Under the pieces are notes generated by a model. That model saw only the letters and a list, made by a program, of their open reading frames with translations. It was not told where the DNA came from and ran no database searches. A DNA stretch of 64,000 nt from Octopus sinensis (lineage: Eukaryota): the NCBI RefSeq assembly GCF_006345805.1, contig NC_043010.1:12648001-12712000 (forward strand), read 5' to 3'. The position numbers and the translations under genes were made by a program. Of the stretch, positions 1 through 11,440 are shown piece after piece; the first letter of the stretch is position 1, and each line of letters starts with the position of its first letter.

Positions 1-290
1 TGACAGGAAAGCTTGGAAAGTGTTTGTGGACGGATGAGTGAATTCGATATTGCACAAAGGGGGTACAGAACCAGATTGATGCAGCAGCAGGGGGTAAACC
101 AGCACATGCTGTAAGGCCCCACTGCTGATACTGGGGGGGGGGGTTTCTATACCTTGACCCGAGCATAGAACGGGGCTCACCTCCTTGAGCTACGAACATC
201 AACATCAATGACAGCAACAACAACATCAACGACAACAGCAATAACAACAACAGCATCAATAGCAACAATAATGACAGCAACAACAAAGTA
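1..290 (+). mobile_element. Probable 3' end of a LINE-like retroelement with (CAA/CAG)n tail
   Basis: GC-richer block with short stem-loops followed by an A/C-rich simple-repeat tail; truncated by the window edge. Confidence 0.35.
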
Positions 291-535
291 AATGTTTGCA
301 ACATGGAGCTTAAGGCCAGCAATTCTGATATGAAGGGATCGTTTCACAACTAAAACAAAATCTACCCCCACATACAATTAATCCCATGAAATGCCGTTGC
401 CTACCAACATTGCACGTTTTCATCTGTAACTAAATCACTACTAATTTCCAATGGTTCTCTTTACTAACTACAAACCCTTATGCTAGTTATGAATCATATT
501 GATATAGATATACAGGGTGATTGAAAAGTAACTTT

Positions 536-936
536 CTCTTAACTCTTTAACTCTTTTACTTGTTTCAGTCATTTGACTGCGGCCATGCTGGAGCACCGCC
601 TTTAGTCGAGCAAATCGACCCCGGGACTTATTCTTTGTAAGCCCAGTACTTATTCTATCGGCGTCTTTTTCCGAACTGCTAAGTGACGGGGACGTAAACA
701 CACCACTGTCAGTTGTCAAGTAATGCTAGGGGGACAAACACAGACACACAAACACATATATATACATATATACGACAGGCTTCTTTCAGTTTCCGTCTAC
801 CAAATCCACTCACAAGGCATTGGTCAGCCCAGGGCTATAGCAGAAGACACTTGCCCAAGATGCCACGCAGTGTGACTGAACCCGGAACCATGTGGTTGGT
901 TAGCAAGCTACTTACCACACAGCCACTCCTGCGCCT
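536..936 (-). mobile_element. tRNA-derived SINE, family A (~400 bp, internal TA/TG microsatellite, GTAAAAGA-type tail)
   Basis: A-box-like TGGCTGTGTGG and B-box-like GGTTCAGTC head; shared body with many other copies in the window. Confidence 0.85.
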
Positions 937-1129
937 ATTTTAAAATACTTATAAATTATTTGTTAATTGTAATTTTTACCAAAAAAAAAATGGATATGAG
1001 AGAAAAGCTTTTGTATGAGGTTTTATTTAATATTTGATACGGGCTCCAGATGTCACCACCAGCTTCTTGAGTCACTTAGGAATTGCGTCAACTGATTTCA
1101 CCAGGAACTCTTGTGGGATGGAAGGTATA

Positions 1130-1371
1130 TCTATTTCTTTACTACCCACAAGGGGCTAAACAGAGGGGGGGGACAAACAAGGACAGACACACGGATTAAG
1201 CCTATTACATCAACCCCCAGTGCATAACTGGTACTTATTTAATCGACCCCAAAAGGATGAAAGGCAAAGTTGACCTCGGCAGAATTTGAACTCAGAACGT
1301 AGCGGCAGACGAGATACTGCTAAGCATTTCACCCGGTGTGCTGATGATTCTGCCAGCTCGCCGCCTTTTGT
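1130..1371 (-). mobile_element. SINE family B (~230 bp) with 9-bp TSD GAAGGTATA
   Basis: Head GGCGGCGAGCTGGCAGAA, B-box-like GAGTTCAAATTC. TSD at 1121-1129 and 1372-1380. Confidence 0.85.
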
Positions 1372-1574
1372 GAAGGTATACCTTCACATGTGCACCCTTC
1401 AAGTTCTTCCAAAATCCTTGGTTTGGTACAGCAGACTTTTTCCTTTAACCAACCCCAAAGAAAGAAGTCACAAGGTGTTAAGTTGGGACTCCTGACTGGC
1501 CACTCACTCATGCAGACCACAACAACCCATCCACGTCTCAGAGAAGTGGGCATTCAGCCATTTACGAATGACAA

Positions 1575-1940
1575 GAGCAACAGAGCAGTTGTATACTGTC
1601 AACTTAATGTGACAGTCCCGTAAAGGGAATCACACCACTGCTATTTAGCCCTAGGAAGCATCGACGCTTCCTGTCGGCTTTGACACATTTCCTATGTCCT
1701 TATATTTGCTAAGGGGAGACAAGCACCCCCAAAAGCTAGGCCTGCATCTGGAGACATGCATGTTTTTGAGTCTTGCTTGTCATCAGTCTAGGGTAGCAAG
1801 TCCTGCTAGTTGAGGTGTTTGCCAATCCTCCGCAAATATATATATTTTTAGTGAAGTTTATTCACTGTTCACCAAAATTAGAAATATTAAATTTCTAAAT
1901 ATCTCAGTGAGATATGAGTGGTGGTAGAACAATAGAGCAT
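1575..1940 (-). mobile_element. ~350-bp repeat with degenerate hammerhead fold (Penelope pLTR/retrozyme-like)
   Basis: Shares segments with 39378-39660; contains the hammerhead-like motif at 1748-1791. Confidence 0.6.
1748..1791 (-). ncRNA. Degenerate minimal type I hammerhead ribozyme motif
   Basis: CTAGA-CTGATGA-CAAGCAAGACTC-AAAA-C-ATGCAT-GTC|TCCAG. Stem I 4/5 paired, palindromic stem III ACATGCATGT, GUC triplet; G12 and stem II decayed. Confidence 0.55.
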
Positions 1941-2002
1941 GGATTAAATTCTCATACTTCAAAAAACAAACACAGAAAATTTGAGAAAAGAATTACAATT
2001 AA

Positions 2003-2625
2003 TCATCATCATCATTTAGCATCCGCTTTCCATGCTAGCATGGGTTGGACGGGTCAACTGGGGTCTGTGAAGCTGGAAGGCTTCGTCAGGCCCAGTCAGA
2101 TCTGGCAGTGTTTCTACGGCTTGATGCCCTTCCTAACGCCAACCACTCCGCGAGTGTAGTGGGTGTTTTTTACGTGCCACCTGCACAGGTGCCAGACAGA
2201 GCTGGCAAACGGCCATGAACGGATGGTGCTTTTACGTGTCACCGGCACGGGGCCAGGCGATGCTGGCAACGGACATGAACGGATGGTGCTTTTACGTGCC
2301 ACCGACACGGGGCCAGACAGAGCTGGCAAACGGCCACGAACAGACGGTGCTTTTACGTGTCACCAGCATGGGGGCCAGCCGAGGCTGGCAATGAACACGA
2401 ATGGATGGTGCTTTTACGTGCCACCGACACGGGGCCAGACAGAGCTGGCAAACGGCCACAAACGGATGGTGCTTTTACGTGCCACCGACACAGGGCCAGA
2501 CAGAGCTGGCAAACGGCCATGAACGGACGGTGCTTTTACGTGTCACCGGCACGGGGGCCAGCCGAGGCTGGCAACTGACATGAACGGATGGTGCTTTTAC
2601 GTGCCACCGACACGGTTGCCAGACA
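2003..2625 (-). mobile_element. RTE-like retroelement 3' portion with (GAT)n tail and internal ~60-bp tandem repeat (~8 units)
   Basis: Family terminus catgctagcatggaaagcggatg(ct)aaatgatgatg on the minus strand; unit cggatggtgcttttacgtgccaccgacacggggccagacagagctggcaaacggccatgaa repeated at 2160-2620. Confidence 0.75.
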
Positions 2626-2734
2626 ATAATAAATAATTCATAAGTGTTTTAAAATAGGGAATTACTTCCCAATCACAATATTGTTTCTACGAATTTTAGC
2701 AAATTAGTATAATTCTTTCTACTATAGGCACAAG

Positions 2735-2928
2735 GCCTGAAATTTTGGGGGAGGGGACTAGTCGATTACATCGACTCCAGTGTATCACAGGTACTTAATT
2801 TATTGAGCCCAAAAGAATAAAAGGCAAAGTCACCCTTGGCGGAATTTGAACTCAGAATGTAGCGACAGGCGAAATACCACCACGCATTTCGTCCAGCATG
2901 CTAACGATTCTACCAGCTCGCTACCTTA
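2735..2928 (-). mobile_element. SINE family B variant
   Basis: Similarity to other family B copies. Confidence 0.75.
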
Positions 2929-2965
2929 GCAAATTAGTATAATGCTACCTCTATGAAATCCTTTA

Positions 2966-3290
2966 TTAACACTTTTGTTACCATATTTCTATTGACATAC
3001 TCTACTTAATAAATTTTAAGGTTAATCCTTTTATCCTTTTACTTGTTTCAGTCATTTGACTGTGGCCAGGCTGGAGCACTGCCTTGAAGGTTTTTTTTTC
3101 TTTTTAGTCAAACAAATCAATGCCAGGACTTATTTCTTTAAGCCTAGTACTTATTCTATTGGTCTCTTTTTGCCAAACTGATAAATAACAGGGGCGTAAA
3201 CACATTAACACTGGTTGTCAAGTTGCTGGTGGGGGGGGGGAAACAAACCCAGACATAGAGGTACACACATAGATATGTACATATAGACAT

Positions 3291-3327
<37 letters not shown>

Positions 3328-3490
3328 ATAGATCATTAGACACTACACACACATTTTTTTCTCTCCTTGTTTTTTTCTCTCGCTCGAAATGTAAAAGACT
3401 TTTTCTATTCCTGAACGTTATACTAATACATCTGTTTGTTTTGTACAACACCTGTCTTCGTCTTTTGTTTTTTTCGTAAACTCTCCCTAT

Positions 3491-3524
<34 letters not shown>

Positions 3525-3850
3525 ATATATATATATTATATATATATATATATATACATACATATGTGATGGTCAACTCAAGGCTGTAGTAGAAGACATT
3601 TGCCTAAGGTGCCACACAGTGGGATTGAACCCAGAACCATGTGGTTGGGTAGTAAGTTTCTTACCACAAAGCCACACTTGCACCTATTTTAGCAAATTCT
3701 TCAATAAGAATTTACTAAAATAACTTTGTTCATTATTAAGCTGGTGTCTGGAACATAGATTAACATGAAATTTTGATGGCAGGTCTTAATTTAGATCACT
3801 TTATACCAGGAAGTTTGCCTCGTTGAATCAGGAGCAATTTCAGGTGTTTA
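2966..3850. mobile_element. TTAA-type MITE relic interrupted by SINE A
   Basis: Starts TTAA-cacttttgttacc, like the TIR of the 45395-45617 element; appears to resume at ~3686 after the SINE. Confidence 0.45.
3031..3685 (-). mobile_element. SINE family A with secondary insertion (~3350-3490)
   Basis: Family A head and tail present; extra T-rich segment inside the internal microsatellite. Confidence 0.75.
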
Positions 3851-3854
3851 GGAT

Positions 3855-4555
3855 GAATGTAAGATCGTGAGTTCAATTCCTGGTGGTGCGCTATGCCTTG
3901 AGCAAGACACTTTATTTCACGTTGCTCCAGTCCACTCGTCTGGCAAAAATGAGTTGTACTTTTAATTCAAAAGGGTCAGCATTGTCACATTCCATGTCAG
4001 ACTGAATCTCTCTGAGAGCTATGTTAAGGGTGTGCATGTCTGTGGAGTGCTCAACCACTTGCACATTAATTTCATGTTCGGATCTTTTCGGTTTGAACGG
4101 CAGTTTTTTAAAATAATTTCCATGTAACTAAACACTTTTAAACTTTGTATACTGGTAGAATGTGTTTATAAAACATCTTTTTCTCTTGGCTTTATTGAGA
4201 AAATTCTATAGTTTGTAAGATATTTGTTGTTTTTTTTCTTCAATTTCTGCAATTTCAACCAATCAATGATGTCTATTGAGGTAAAAAACATTCTGTGCCC
4301 TATGAATATGTCCCTCGTTTAAGAAACAGATTGGGTTTATTTACATTTGTGAAGAAAAAAAGATACCCTTCCCCCCACCCCTAACCCTAACCCTAAAACA
4401 GATTGAAATGCAATAGATCGATACTAGGGTCATAATTATGGGTGACAATTTCATATGACACCGATAGCAAAAACTGCTGTTCAAACCGAAAAGATCCTCA
4501 TGTTCTTTCACTGATTGAATCAACTGGAATTCTTGTCATCATAATTGATGGAGAG
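3855..4555 (+). mobile_element. tRNA-derived SINE family D, interrupted by a TIR element
   Basis: Matches 14873-15192; the sequence resumes after 4505. Confidence 0.7.
4080..4497 (+). mobile_element. Non-autonomous TIR element, 8-bp TSD, internal (CCCTAA)3
   Basis: TIRs GGATCTTTTCGGTTTGAAC / GTTCAAACCGAAAAGATCC; TSD TCATGTTC at 4072-4079 and 4498-4505. GG-starting TIR with 8-bp TSD fits Merlin or hAT (superfamily not resolved). Confidence 0.85.
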
Positions 4556-4987
4556 ACAGGCTAATATGCAAGGGGTTAGGTAAATGCAGGTTCAAACTTC
4601 AGCTCACAAGCATTCAATAAATTCACATCAGTTTCAAGATTTGAGTCACTTATAAATAATAAAGAAGAGGAAAATAATACTGGAGCTAACAAAAACAAAC
4701 TCTATGACAGGTTAGGTGATTTATAGTTTTGTATTTACTCTGTCATAACAGTGAAAGGCCTTCAAGCAAATATACAGTAGAATTAACAGTGGATGTGATT
4801 TCAAATTGCAGCTAACAGGTGATCATTTCTTTACCCCACAACCATCTCATGTGACACATGTATATTTATGAGATAAATATTTATTATTTGAACAATGCTA
4901 ACAAATGAATTCTTTAATACCTAAGCTATGATAATAGTAACGAAAGTATTTGGAAAATAAAATGTATGAATAATGACAGTGTTTATA

Positions 4988-5586
4988 CCTATTTATTTAC
5001 TACCCACAAGGGGTTAAACACAGAGGGGACAAACAAGGACAGACAAACGGATTAAGTCCATTACATTGACCCCAGTGCATAACTGGTACTTAATTTATCA
5101 ACCCCGAAAGGATGAAAGGCGAAGTTGACCTCGGTGGAATTTGAACTCAGAACGTAACGGCAGACGAAATACTTATTTCTTTACTACCCACAAGGGGTTA
5201 AACACAGAGAGGACAAACAAGGACAGACAAACGGATTAAGTCGATTACATCGACCCCAGTGCGTAACTGGTACTTAATTTATCAACCCCGAAAGGATGAA
5301 AGGCGAAGTTGACCTCGGTGGAATTTGAACTCAGAACGTAACAGCAGACGAAATACCTATTTCTTTACTACCCACAAGGGGTTAAACACAGTGGGGACAA
5401 ACAAGGACAGACAAACGGATTAAGTCGATTACATCGACCCCAGTGCGTAACTGGTACTTAATTTATCGACCCCGAAAGTATGAAAGGCGAAGTCGACCTC
5501 GGCGGAATTTGAACTCAGAACGTAACAGCAGACGAAATACGGCTACGCATTTCGCTCGGCATGCTAACGTTTCTGCCAGCTCGCAG
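4988..5586 (-). mobile_element. SINE family B head-to-tail trimer (184-bp period)
   Basis: TACCCACAAG at 5001, 5185 and 5369; single tRNA-like head at ~5540-5586. Confidence 0.85.
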
Positions 5587-5659
5587 ATGCTTATACCATT
5601 AAAATAATATACGTGATGGGATTAGGTATAACAGTTATTGCAGGGTTTGAGAAAATATG

Positions 5660-6070
5660 TGCAGGTATAGCTGTGTAGTTATGAAGTCCACTTCCCAACC
5701 ACATGGTTTCAGGTTCAGTCCCACTGTGTGACACTTTGGGTGTCTTCTACTATAGCTTCAGGCTGACCAAAGCCTTGTGAGTGGATTTGGTAGATGGAAA
5801 CTGAAAGAAGCCCATCGATTATATATCTACATGTGTGTGTGTATGTGTGCATGTGTATGTATGTGTGTGTTTGTACCCCATCACTGATTGAAAACCATTG
5901 TTAGTGCGTTTACAACCTTGTAACTTAGTAGTTCAGCAAAAGGTACTGATAGAATAAGTACCAGGCTTAAAATGATAATAAGGGGTTGATTCATTCAACT
6001 AAAATCCTTCCAGGTGGTTTCTCACTCACCACGGCCACAGTCCAATGACCGAAACAAGTAAAAGATAAAA
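5660..6070 (+). mobile_element. SINE family A (diverged)
   Basis: Family similarity. Confidence 0.75.
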
Positions 6071-6399
6071 AATAAATGAAATGGTTCCTTGGATTGCTCA
6101 TAAATATTCCTGGCAATAGTTTGTCCATATTTGGATGCTATTGATGTGCAGTGAAAGGCAGAATGATAGAGTAGGCAAAAGAAGGAGACTAAACTTTGAA
6201 GATTCGACTTAATTCTTTTAACCCTCTAAAAGATTTTGCTATATTTCTTAGGCAAAGCCTTTAGGAATGTCTATAAACTAAACATTACTTGGAAAGAGTT
6301 TCTATAAGTGTATTGTTGGGGTGAAGCTTAATTAAACATGTTGTTTGCATTGTAGAATGGCAAAAGAAGAATGCAACACTTAGAGGTTGTTTATGAGTA

Positions 6400-6750
6400 T
6401 ATATATATATATTGTGTGTGTGTGTGTATGTAAAAATATAAAATACAAAATGAGACAAGAAAACAAAACATCCAGACAGTTAGATGATACACAAAAGGAA
6501 CAACAAAACATCCAGATAGACGATACAAAAAAACAAGGACAGGTCATTCGAGTTCCAGATTATCTTTGCAATTTCAGCTGTTTATACTCGAGATTGCTCC
6601 AATATGGTCAACCCCAAGGAAAAAACTAAGCTCAGAGCATTAGATTCCTTGGAATAAAGTAGCGAATATATACGAAAACAAGGATGGAAAAAAAATGGAG
6701 AATGTTACACAAATACAAATAACAGGACATAACAACAGGTGTATATACAT
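6400..6750 (-). mobile_element. Unclassified repeat inserted in a TA/TG tract (possibly Penelope pLTR-type)
   Basis: Composition and TA-flanked ends resemble 34450-34652 and 35822-36018; no clear ribozyme core. Confidence 0.3.
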
Positions 6751-7029
6751 ATTTATGGAGAGAAAGAGAGAGAGAGGGGGAAAGTGAAAGTGGGAGAGAG
6801 AACCTACATATGCTTTGGATTTATTAATAATATCTTTAGATCTTTAGTCATATTGAAATTTTGAGAATTGCTATTATTATTAAATCAGGGTATTGGCTCA
6901 GTTACTAGAATATTGGGCAAAATTAATTATACTCCAAACCTAAATTTCTCATTTTATGCCTACAGAAGAGATTTTTAACATGCACACATATACAGAAACA
7001 CACAAACACACACACGTAAAGACACCCAT

Positions 7030-7350
7030 ACATACATATATATAATGCTGAGACCCCCTTCAGTCATGACTGACCATGGAATTGCACCTAAAGAGTTACC
7101 CGCCCAGGGACAAGTCTGGGCAAGGTTGTTTTTATGGAAGACCAGCAGTCACCCATGCATACCGGCCTCCTCTCTCCATACCACCAGTGTTATCCAAGGG
7201 AAAAGCAAAGGGGCCGAAACAGCTTGGCACCTGTGACATTGCAGCGTGAACTGGAGCAACGTGAAATAAAGTGTCTTGCTCAAGAATACACCACACAGCC
7301 TATCCGGGATTTGAACTCACAACCTCATGATTGTAAGCTCGACGCTCTAA
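7030..7350 (-). mobile_element. tRNA-derived SINE (head related to family D)
   Basis: Minus strand tggctcagtggttagagcgtcgagc...gtgagttcaaatccc (A and B boxes), then cttgagcaagacactttatttcacg. Confidence 0.75.
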
Positions 7351-7568
7351 CCACTGAGCCATGAACCTTCATATATATATATATATACATATATATGTTA
7401 TATATACCTGTGTTATTCATACATATATACACATATATATAAATGCATTATTATGCTAGCATGGAAAGCAGACGTTAAACGATGATGATGATGATGATAT
7501 ATATGTTATACATACATGTATGTGTACATATATATATACATATATATATATGTATGTATATATGTATG

Positions 7569-7603
<35 letters not shown>

Positions 7604-8053
7604 ATATGACTTTGTAGTGGGGAGGTTCCCTGTCCAACTTGATGGTTTGACTTATATCAAAATGTCTGGCCGCCAGGGCAAGTTTTTTCTATGTGTGTGT
7701 GTGTATGTGTGTGTGTTATGCATACATAATATATATATATATGCACACACACACACGCACGCACATACACATGTTTACATACACTTTCACACACACATGT
7801 ATGCACACACTCGTACAGATATATAAAACTAGAACTGGTGAGCTCTTAAATACATCCTCACTAGTCCTATAAGAAGAAATTATCTTCAAATGTATAAATG
7901 TGCCCTCCTTCTCTTTATGTCTTGAGTACCATATTACAGCTCTTTGATTGTACACACACGCGCACACATGCACACATATGTGCATATATCTATGCTTATT
8001 ATTTATATGCATATATACATAGATATATACACACATATATGCCCATACATCAA

Positions 8054-8105
<52 letters not shown>

Positions 8106-8175
8106 AATGAATATGGTACTTAAGTTAGATGCACCAGAATTTTGTATGGTGTTATCCATATAAATCCATGGGGTG

Positions 8176-8258
<83 letters not shown>

Positions 8259-8403
8259 CGAGATAGATAGATAGATATATGACTTTGCGGTTAAGAAGTT
8301 CCCTGCCCAACTAGATTGTTTTGAGTCAAGTCAAAATGTCTGGCAGCTAGGGCAAGTTTCTTCTACTGCGCATAGATTTAGTAGATAGAACCCAAAAGAA
8401 GCC

Positions 8404-8435
<32 letters not shown>

Positions 8436-8920
8436 TGCTGATTAGTAAATAATGACTTCTTCTTAGTACCCTTTCCGTGCAGTCTGTCACAAAAGTATAA
8501 TTTGGTTTCTTGCCATGTCTTCGCATGTTGCATGATGTTTGCAAAAAAAAAAATGGTTCTTTTAAAAAGTGCCATTTATTTCCAGGTATTTGCATAGAAC
8601 ATGACGTGACTGTCTGTTGGTTTGACTTATATCAAAATGTCTGGCCGCCAGGGCAAGTTTTTTCTATGTGTGTGTGTGTATGTGTGAAAGACTGGAAGAT
8701 TTTTATTTTGTATGGAAACAAGTGACAGGAGGGGTATCCAGTCATAAAAACTTTCTAGACCAAAAGTCCTCATCTGACCCATGCAAGCATGATAAAGCAG
8801 GCATTAGACAATATGATGATGATGATATACACACACACACACACACAACACACATACACACACCACACACACACACCACACACACATACACACACACACA
8901 AATATATTTAGATATAGATA

Positions 8921-9303
8921 TAATCCAAATTTAGGGAATGGAGAAGGTAAAATCTAGGTTACATATGTTTCTTAACGAGCAGAACCTCAGAAGTAATAAT
9001 TATTCAATGAGGGGTACTCTGCTAGCGAACTCATCAGGCCGAGGATACCTTAGTCAAATGAATGTTACATTGCCGTCAAGGGATCCCATGTTAACACACA
9101 GGAGATCTGATTGATCAAGTCTCCTGTGAGTTAACAGGAGCTTCCTTGATGACAATATAACCTTCATTTGACTAAGGTATACTCTGCCTAATGAGTAGCT
9201 AGTGAAGTACCCCTCCTTGAATAATTACTACTTCCAAGATTCTGCTTGCTAGGAAACATATGTAATCTGGATATTACGTGCTCCACTCTTTTAATTTGGA
9301 TTA
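8921..9303. repeat. Old foldback/inverted repeat, ~187-bp arms, ~80% identical, very short spacer
   Basis: Manual alignment of the left arm (taatccaaatt...caggagatct) to the reverse complement of the right arm gives ~36 differences; TA-flanked. Confidence 0.9.
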
Positions 9304-9433
9304 TATATATATATAATATATAAGTAGGTGAATGAATTATCCTAGTATTGATATACATATATATATATATATAATATACCTATTTGCATAAACCTTCTTC
9401 AGCATATCAAGCTTTGATATGAGAAAAATTTAC

Positions 9434-9808
9434 GTGTGGTAAGTAGCTTGCTTACCAAACACATGGTCCTGGGTTCAGTCCCATTGCGTGGCACCTTGGG
9501 CAAGTGTCTTCTATTATAGCCTCAGGCCAACCAAAAACCTTGTGAGTGGATTTGGTAGATGGTAAGTGGAAGAAGGCCATTGTATATGTATATATATATA
9601 TGTATATGTTTGTGTGTTTGTCCCTTCAGCATCGCTTCACAACCAATGCTGGTGTGTTAACATCCCCATAACTTAGCAGTTTGGCAAAAAGAGATTGATA
9701 GAATAATTTCTAGGCTTACAAAGAATAATCTCTGGGGTCGATTTGCTCGATTAAATGGCAGTGCTCCAGCATGGCTGCAGTCAAATGACTGAAACAAGTA
9801 AAAGAGTA
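9434..9808 (+). mobile_element. SINE family A
   Basis: Family similarity. Confidence 0.8.
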
Positions 9809-9981
9809 ACATACTACATCAATAAACCACTATCGCTCTGAAAGTTGTTTTTTACACCTTCTGCAAACTGCTTCATGCTTACTAACATCTTCTACTGGGA
9901 TCCATGTCTCTGAACTTTACATAAATTATATATAGATAAATATGTATAGATAAATATACATATATATATACATATATATAT

Positions 9982-10333
9982 ATCATATAAAATCTGTTCA
10001 GTCTGTCTGTGTGTGTGTCTTCTAGGATCTTGGGCATCCTCCATCCGATTGTGCTCAAATTTGATATGTAGATACCGACGGTATCAGGGCATGTAAAAGT
10101 CTTGAAAAAATTACAAAAATCGATTTCAAGTGAGAATGCGATCGATAAAGCTGTTTTTCTTTGAAATAGAAAAAAGTCTATCTATATTCTTCTTTTGCTG
10201 GTGTCTCAAATTTAGGTTAAATCAGTGTTTCTCAAAGGGGAGGCCTATGGGACGGTCGGACAAGTTGTTTTGAGAAAATTTGGTTTAAATGTTTGACACC
10301 AGCACCGTCCATTGGACAGGGTCGTTTTGCTTG
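9982..10333 (+). mobile_element. Probable non-autonomous Helitron (diverged)
   Basis: 5' ...TATAAAATCTG-(TCTG/TG)n start; 3' hairpin ccGTCC-att-GGACagg followed by CTTG|T (degenerate CTAG). Confidence 0.5.
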
Positions 10334-10366
10334 TATATATATATATATTATTTATATATATATATG

Positions 10367-10429
<63 letters not shown>

Positions 10430-10787
10430 ATATATATATAATATATGTATATATATATTGTGTGTGTGCATGGTAGAGGGGCTCCTTGTCAGAAACAATA
10501 GAGTTCTTGCTATTCCTTACTGAACAACCTGTATATATGATTTGCTTACAGTGATCAAATGTATATGTTGTGATTTAGCTCATTCCCTCCATCAAATTGA
10601 CCTTGTTTGTTCTAGAGCATCCTTGAAGTGATTGCAGAGCAAAGGGAAATGAAGAGTTTTTACTCAAGAAAACGATGCTCTGCCTGATCAAGGAATTGAA
10701 ATCACAACCTTGTGATATAGAGATGTGAGGCTTAGTGGTAAGAGTATCATAGTCATGGTCACAAGATCATAGAATCAATTCATATAT

Positions 10788-11173
10788 AGGCACAGGAGTG
10801 GCTGTGTGGTAAGTAGCTTGCTAACCAACCACATGGTTCCGGGTTCAGTCCCACTGCGTGGCACCTTGGACAAGTGTCTTCTACTATAGTCTCGGGCCGA
10901 CCAAAGCCTTGTGAGTGGATTTGGTAGACGGAAACTGAAAGAAGCCTGTCGTATATATGTATATATATATGTGTATGTGTGTGTGTGTGTTTGTCCCCCT
11001 AGCATTGCTTGACAACCGATGCTGGTGTGTTTATGTCCCCGTCACTTAGCGGTTCGGCAAAAGAGACCAATAGAATAAGTACTGGGCTTACAAAGAATAA
11101 GTCCCGGGGTCGATTTGCTCGACCAAAGGCAGTCAAATGACTGAAACAAGTAAAAGAGTAAAAGAGTAAAGAG
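10788..11173 (+). mobile_element. SINE family A (young), ~270 bp beyond the protocadherin stop
   Basis: Near-consensus copy. Confidence 0.9.
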
Positions 11174-11440
11174 TATATGCATGAGAAAGAAAAAGAGAGA
11201 AGAGAGAGAGAGAGATAGAGAGGAAGGGAGAGAGGTATATACCTTTACATGCACATGCGCACACACAAATATATTGAAATCTATAAATGTATTTAGAGAG
11301 ATTCGTAGATTGTGGAAACAGGACCCTAGGATGCCCTTTATGCAAAAGCATTTCAGTATTATCTATGGTGGATGTGTCCTTACAACACTTTTGCGGCTAA
11401 TCTAAACAACACAGAGTTTCAATAGATAATTAGACTCAAG

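Larger units (their letters stand above)
513..1570 (-). mobile_element. Tc1/mariner (DD37D/maT-like) transposon relic interrupted by two SINEs
   Basis: WPVRSPNLTPCDFFLWGWLKEKV...KPRILEELE (WPxxSPDL motif). Frame continues as IPSIPQEFLVKSVDAIPK*LKKL after removing the SINE at 1130-1371. TA|CAGGGTG terminus at 511-519. Confidence 0.8.

Noticed and set aside
4378-4396. Telomeric repeat suggesting a chromosome end or fusion
   Set aside because: Only ~3 units, and internal to a TIR element present twice in the window.
7608-8685. Thrice-repeated ~65-90-bp motif (7608, 8281, 8618)
   Set aside because: Appears to be a decayed SINE A head with a small local duplication; no function evident.
9180-9215. 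Hammerhead in the 8921-9303 foldback
   Set aside because: CT(G/A)ATGAG is present but the GAAA core and stem I pairing could not be established.
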